A stretch of 64,000 nucleotides of DNA from Lytechinus pictus. Its lineage: Eukaryota. Both the position numbers and the translations under genes were made by a program. Shown piece after piece: positions 58,586-64,000 of this stretch. Under the pieces are notes generated by a model. The model saw nothing but the letters and a program-made list of their open reading frames with translations, was not told the origin of the DNA and searched no databases. The first letter of the stretch is position 1. Every line of letters starts with the position of its first letter. The DNA is taken from assembly GCF_037042905.1 (NCBI RefSeq), contig NW_026974141.1, positions 12,958,001 through 13,022,000 of the forward strand. Reading direction: 5' to 3'.

Positions 58586-61500
58586 TGTGCAGCTCATGAT
58601 GACTGCGCAAAACACCCCTACCTGCCTATAAGGTTTCCAAGTTATTTGACCTATTATGTCTCCTTGAGATGTATCTTGAATGTAAGGTAAAATTTATGAA
58701 TTGAATATCAAAATTGGCTAGATATCTCATCTGACCAATTTCTAAGTAAAATACTTTCACTAAGTAAAAACACAAAGTAAAAATACCTTTTTTTTCTTAA
58801 GTATTAAACAGACGTCTGGTCCAGTATATTAACAGCTCATCCATTGATTTAATTTGAATATACAGTTGATTCTTTTGCAATTATTCAGCAGCTCCTTAAA
58901 AAAAATGCATTCAATATTTTTAGCCTTACGAGAAAAAACAGCACGACTCAATACCCTACCCTTAAACCAATATTTAAGAAAGGTCAAGAAAATATCCGAT
59001 ATATATTGCTTTTCTAATATGAACTGACATCTGGAAGCCGTATTGACATCATTGTGCATCATTGCTTTGATTTTTTTCTTTTGTGACAGGTTCATAAAGA
59101 CGATCTTGAATGGAAGCTCATAACGCTCAATGGCTGAGGGCAATTTTGAAGACAGAATTCGAACAACTCTTGCAAGCAAACAAGAAAGCCTTGTCATTCT
59201 GTTTTCTGGTTCATTTATTGAGGATTTCTACGATCATAATAGATTTGAAGTGGAAAGAAAATGAATGTAACATCTGAAGGTTTCCATGTTGAAAAGAAGA
59301 GAGAAGTGGTTTCACGGTACAATATGACAAATGATCATAAAAAATGAGCACATTATATTTGATTACTTACAAATAAAAAAAGGCAGGGCAATTTTCCTCA
59401 TCAGGCATCCACTAGGAGATCTTTATTCAATTGCAACTAAAAAATCAAGCATAAGTTTCTGGCTGAAAATCAATGCAAGCTTGATTGCAAATCTTTCTGC
59501 AATTTGGGTTAGGGGAGGGCAACAACTGGGGCAACAAAAATATGCTCAAAGTTTAAAAAGCATGCCTTAAGAAAATTAAGTAAATGCTCAAAAATTTTAC
59601 CATGTTCTTGAAATGAAATTGATTAATTTGGTAAGCACTTGCTTGAGATTTTTGTAACTGTTTTATACAAAGTGGTGCAAAATAAAATGGTTTTCAAATC
59701 ACCCATTGTAAGTAGCATGGCCATTGATAGGAAAATAAAAATTCACAGCTTGGGTCAGTGTTCAGTCATGACCATCAAGATATTAATAGCCAGTTCTGAT
59801 GCCCCCATTAAAATGTCATGAGTCCACCGGACCAGCGGGGGTTCCATGTGGAGAAGATAATTGGTTTTAAACTTCCAACTCGGGTAGATGTGGTCCACGT
59901 TGTTAGCAGAAATTGACGGGTTAATAAAATGTATTTCAATACCTTCGTTAAACAGCTCAACTGAAAGTCTACTTTAAACTAAGATGGGATAAATAAAAGA
60001 AAATAAAGAGGAAAGGGGCAATTAAATTTTGAGCAAATTTCCAATTCAAACTGGGTTCAGGGATAGGAATTTCATTGTGAATAGTCAATGAAAAATCCAC
60101 TTTGTGGCATATCTAAAGATTTTGTTCCATCATTGAAGTAAACTCTGAGATTTTGATTCCTCCAAAGCACTTTTCTATTTCCATGTCAATCAAATGTATT
60201 GTTCTGACTAGTATGACCAAATTAGGGGGAAATTCTATCTTCTGGGATAAAACAAAGGAAACAAATATGTTTTTTTCTCTTGAGAAATTATTTCCCTCAA
60301 AGCACAATATTGTCAATGATAGAGCTAAATTCATGTATTTCAAATATTGACCGAAATCAATTTTTTTGCTATAAGTTCCAGCTATAGTGTAATGAGATAG
60401 ATATCTAGTCCTGATCCGAGCTCTCTGTATCTCAAAATAAAGCACATGTTTTCATGTCAAAGAAGACAATTCTTTTGTGTTTCATCCATGGCAGCCATGA
60501 CATTTGATTTTCTAATCACACAGCAGATTATCACACTGCTTTTTTTTATAAACTGAAGGTTTTGACACAACAATAGCGATAAAATATTTCCTGTTTAATT
60601 CAAAGAAAATGTTGATCAAAACTTTAACAGTCAAGTCAATGGCTCACCACATCATAGCCGCATCATGCTGTTTTAACGTGGTAAACCACACGGACCACAT
60701 ACTGTGTTATGGAATGTTGTCGTCAGGTTACTTTAATACACAGATTGTAGTATTACATCCCTGATGCACACAAAATAAAAATGTCTCAAAATAACTTCTG
60801 CAAATGAGGTATGAAGGGTATATGAACTAAAAATGACTTATTCATGATGTGTACATTCATACAAAATCGAAATACGGGTTTGGCAACTTTCAACTGGCAC
60901 TATGCATGTATGATGACTGTGAAATCACATTTGATTATTTAAGGTTCATTTTACACATACATGTATCTGTAAAATTTATCATTTGAAAGAAGATATGAAA
61001 CTAGTAACTACATGGGATTTTTATTTTCTTGGAAAGGTCATGATTATAACCATCTGTGTAAAATTGTATGCACATGCACAATGATAAGAACCTTTCTTTA
61101 GACAATGTTTGAGTATAAGACGAGTCAGGATTTGATAAAAATTATTTGAAAAAAATCAGACACACATCAGAAGTAGATATGAACATAGTCTTTGTATGCA
61201 TCATTTCGCAAAAAGACGGTTACTATTGCTCAGAAAATGTAGTAAATATAAATAAATATATAGACCTAAATAGTGTGCAAAATAGCACATACAAGAACAA
61301 TGAGTAAAATGAAAGAAAAGTAATGATTTAAAAGATTCCAAATAACAGAGTTACAATACAATATAAAACATTAAAATGTGCGTTAAACATATTCTGAAAA
61401 AAAGGATTGTTCAAAAGAAACTTGTGAATCAGAGGGTCATGTGTTCACATCCCTTCATGCCACAAACATCCTTTGTCATCAAGGCATCAATTCACACTTG

Positions 61501-61636
61501 GCGACTCTCCACCCAGGTGTTGAATGGATACCCGGTAGGATGTTAACATCAATATTGTTGGATTAGCAATAGAGGGTATATACTGTTCGTTGCTGGTACA
61601 CTCCTCAGGGAGTGGAGATTGTGCATATACACTGTA

Positions 61637-62455
61637 CAGTGCGTCCCAGAAAAAACGAAACCGAGATTAAGCAATGATTTATCATAACTTAATCATAAAT
61701 ACAATAGACGAATGACCTACCAATTTAAAGCTTAGAATCTCCTCTTTCATCTGATATTACTTTGATTATTCCTCATTCACGCATGAGTGAGCAAAAACAA
61801 TTTGAAGAAAGGATACCAAAAACTCATTTGGCGGGGGGTATCTGAATTTCAAAAAGAAAATCATAGCCTAAAAAGTTCAATATCTGCTCTTTTATTTGAT
61901 ACTTTAATCACAGAAAATAGTCAAGAAGTAAAAAAGTTATGTTCCCTCGAAACAATGCTTGTATTTCCATAATTTCATTAAATAAACGTGTTTTCACCGG
62001 TTTCCCACAGAAGCTATCGCATGGTTAACAAAAGACTTAATGCATGGCTGATCGTCAACAAAACAGAGTGTCGAATGAGTTTGAATGCAAGCCTGTAAAA
62101 CCTCTTCATTTTATGAAATTATTGAAATTCAAGCCTTATTTCAAATAGCAAGAACTTTGTTATTTCTTGACCATTTTCTGTAATTGAGGTATCAAATTAA
62201 AGAGCAGATATTTATCTTTTTAAAAATGTGGTTTTCTTTTTGAAACCTAGATACAGCCCGCCACGTGACTTTTTGGTATCCCCTCTTCAAATTGTTTTTG
62301 CTCACTCATGCGTGAATGAGAAATAATCTAAGTAATTTCAGATGAAAGAGGAGATTCTAAGCTTTACAATGGTAGGTCATTTGTTTATTGTATTTGCGAT
62401 TAAGTTATGATAAATCATCGATAAATCTCGGTTTCGTTTTTTGTGGGACGCACTG
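61637..62455. mobile_element. Tc1/mariner-like MITE with long TIRs and TA TSD, inserted in an old SINE (about 61425-62570)
   Basis: ta|cagtgcgtcccagaaaaaacgaaaccgagatt ... aatctcggtttcgttttttgtgggacgcactg|ta. Confidence 0.92.
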
Positions 62456-62933
62456 TATAGGGGACAGCCAAAATCTGATGATCGGGGTAATAGTAAATAC
62501 TATACCAGTAAGTGCTCAGAGATGTCATTCTGATTTGATGAGCACTATAGACAACTGAAACATATTTATTATCATTATCATTTCATAAGATGACAATTTC
62601 TAATGATACAATTGGTTGCATATGTACATAACTGGTCATTTATTTGACCAAGAGTAGATTTACTAATAACCAATGGTGAGCAGTCAATGGTAAAGTATAA
62701 TGACCGGTCATGGTTTTGAGATGACGATGGTTTATCAAATACGGATCCACATCACCATCTTATAAAACTAATAATGCACATCATTCCGCTTGGGCATTAG
62801 AATAATTACCTTTTCAACAGTCCAAATGCCCTCAGCTATGCCTCAGGCATTTTAGAACTGTTCCAAGGGTATAGTTGTGTGTATAATTCTTACTATTGCC
62901 CTAGATGATGTGTAATATTTTCATTTTACTTAC

Positions 62934-63096
62934 AGCTCCCTCTGTTCGTTTCTCTCGACCCTGCTCGCCGTTCTTTTGATGTTTTTCTCCTTCTCTGTCT
63001 TTTTTAATTTGACGAAGCTCTTCCCCACTCCATCCCACACACACCACGTTAGAACACAGAGGGCTAGAAGTACTATAAAATGGAATATAATAAGGC
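62934..63096 (-). CDS. DAGLA: DAGLA exon encoding TM4
   Basis: ttttcacag|GC and CT|gtaagt; (G)LIIFHFIVLLALCVLTWCVWDGVGKSFVKLKK...QRE. The phase 2 end joins exon 46880 across a 16-kb intron. Confidence 0.9.
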
Positions 63097-63545
63097 CTGT
63101 GAAAAAGAAACAAAAAAAGAAAGAATCATGAATGGGTGAAAAGAAAATTCCTAAACTAAGGAATGAGCTTGATATTTTTTTGCCCAAAAAAGAGAGCTGG
63201 ATATTACTATAAAATACTATATTGTAATATTAGATATAGAAAACAAAAGAACATCACAATGTATTATGATGGTGGAGCAATATGTTATACCAATATCTTA
63301 ATTTCAAAACTCCTATTATACTTGAAATAACACTTCAAGCCCCCCACAAAAGAAGTTGAATATCATGACCCTTTTGTGGAAGCACTTTCTCTCTAAAAAA
63401 TATGACAACTCCCCCCCCCCACACACACAAAAAAAAAGTGTTATCACAATTCTGACCCCCTCCCCCCTCCCTCAAGTAAGTTGGTGGAAAACGAATCTCC
63501 TTTAAACTAGATCCAAATGAACTCCAGGTTGAGTTTCCCTTTAAG

Positions 63546-63948
63546 AGTGAAAATTCTTTCCCATGAAATTATGTTGGGTCTTGTACCTGTAAACTGGGTT
63601 ACACCTAATGGCATATTCATTACGCCTCCAATCACATTCATTACACTTTTGTATTCGGCGGGCGCCTCTGCATACATCCCAGATCAGACTTTAATCTGTG
63701 CTACAGTCAATTGGTAGAAGACCCCATTCACATTGTAAAGATAAAAGTGAAAATTCTTTCCTATGAAAGTGTGTCAAGTCTTGTACCTGTAAACCAGATA
63801 ACACCTAGTGGCATATTCATTACGCCTCCAATCACATTCATTACACTTTTGTATTCGGTGGCGCCTTCGCATCCATCCCACATCAGACATTAATCTGTGC
63901 TACAGTCAAATGGTAGAAGACCCCATTCACATTGTAAGGATAAAAATT
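63546..63948. repeat. Tandem duplication of about 201 bp (2 copies)
   Basis: agtgaaaattctttcc at 63546 and 63747; colinear. Confidence 0.9.
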
Positions 63949-64000
63949 CACAATTATGACGCATGATAATACAGTAGAGTACGCAGGGGGTGTTACAGGG

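Larger units (their letters stand above)
18985..63096 (-). other. DAGLA: Diacylglycerol lipase alpha gene (5'-partial; 15 coding exons visible)
   Basis: Exons join in consistent phases into a protein colinear with vertebrate DAGLA: TM4, FSEFFRDLDVVPTDVLAGL, AASYGW, DNCC, ETPFFVA.DH, SIRGTLS, GHKGM, GHSLGAG, AYSPPGG, GKD, PLYLPGR, DHLP, long Ser-rich tail. Confidence 0.95.

Noticed and set aside
63073-63074. ttttatag as the acceptor of the TM4 exon
   Set aside because: The upstream ttttcacag at 63097 is stronger and restores the full transmembrane helix.

Overview
Eukaryotic, AT-rich, intron-rich animal DNA. The repeat landscape suggests a marine invertebrate deuterostome, probably a sea urchin (inference only). 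Two genes converge tail to tail. (1) The last two exons of a PPP1R32/SAXO4 (IIIG9)-like gene lie on + (905-2332). (2) A diacylglycerol lipase alpha (DAGLA) gene on - spans 18985-63096 as 15 phase-consistent exons. These include TM4 and the GHSLG Ser, GKD Asp and DHLP His of the triad; the 5' exons were not found. Between the genes is a full-length CR1-group LINE with intact ORF1 and PHD-APE-RT ORF2, in sense orientation about 1.3 kb past the DAGLA stop. Introns carry many tRNA-derived SINEs, Harbinger/Tc1/Kolobok/hAT-type non-autonomous elements, two Penelope-like remnants with minimal hammerhead ribozymes, and a minisatellite. The most interesting unexplained signal is a layer of candidate alternative splicing in DAGLA: 12-, 14- and 15-nt microexons (two beside UGCAUG clusters), a 132-codon alternative-donor extension, paired cassette exons, and intronic tandem echoes of exon ends. 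All coordinates were read by eye. No searches were run, and homology calls rest on remembered sequences.
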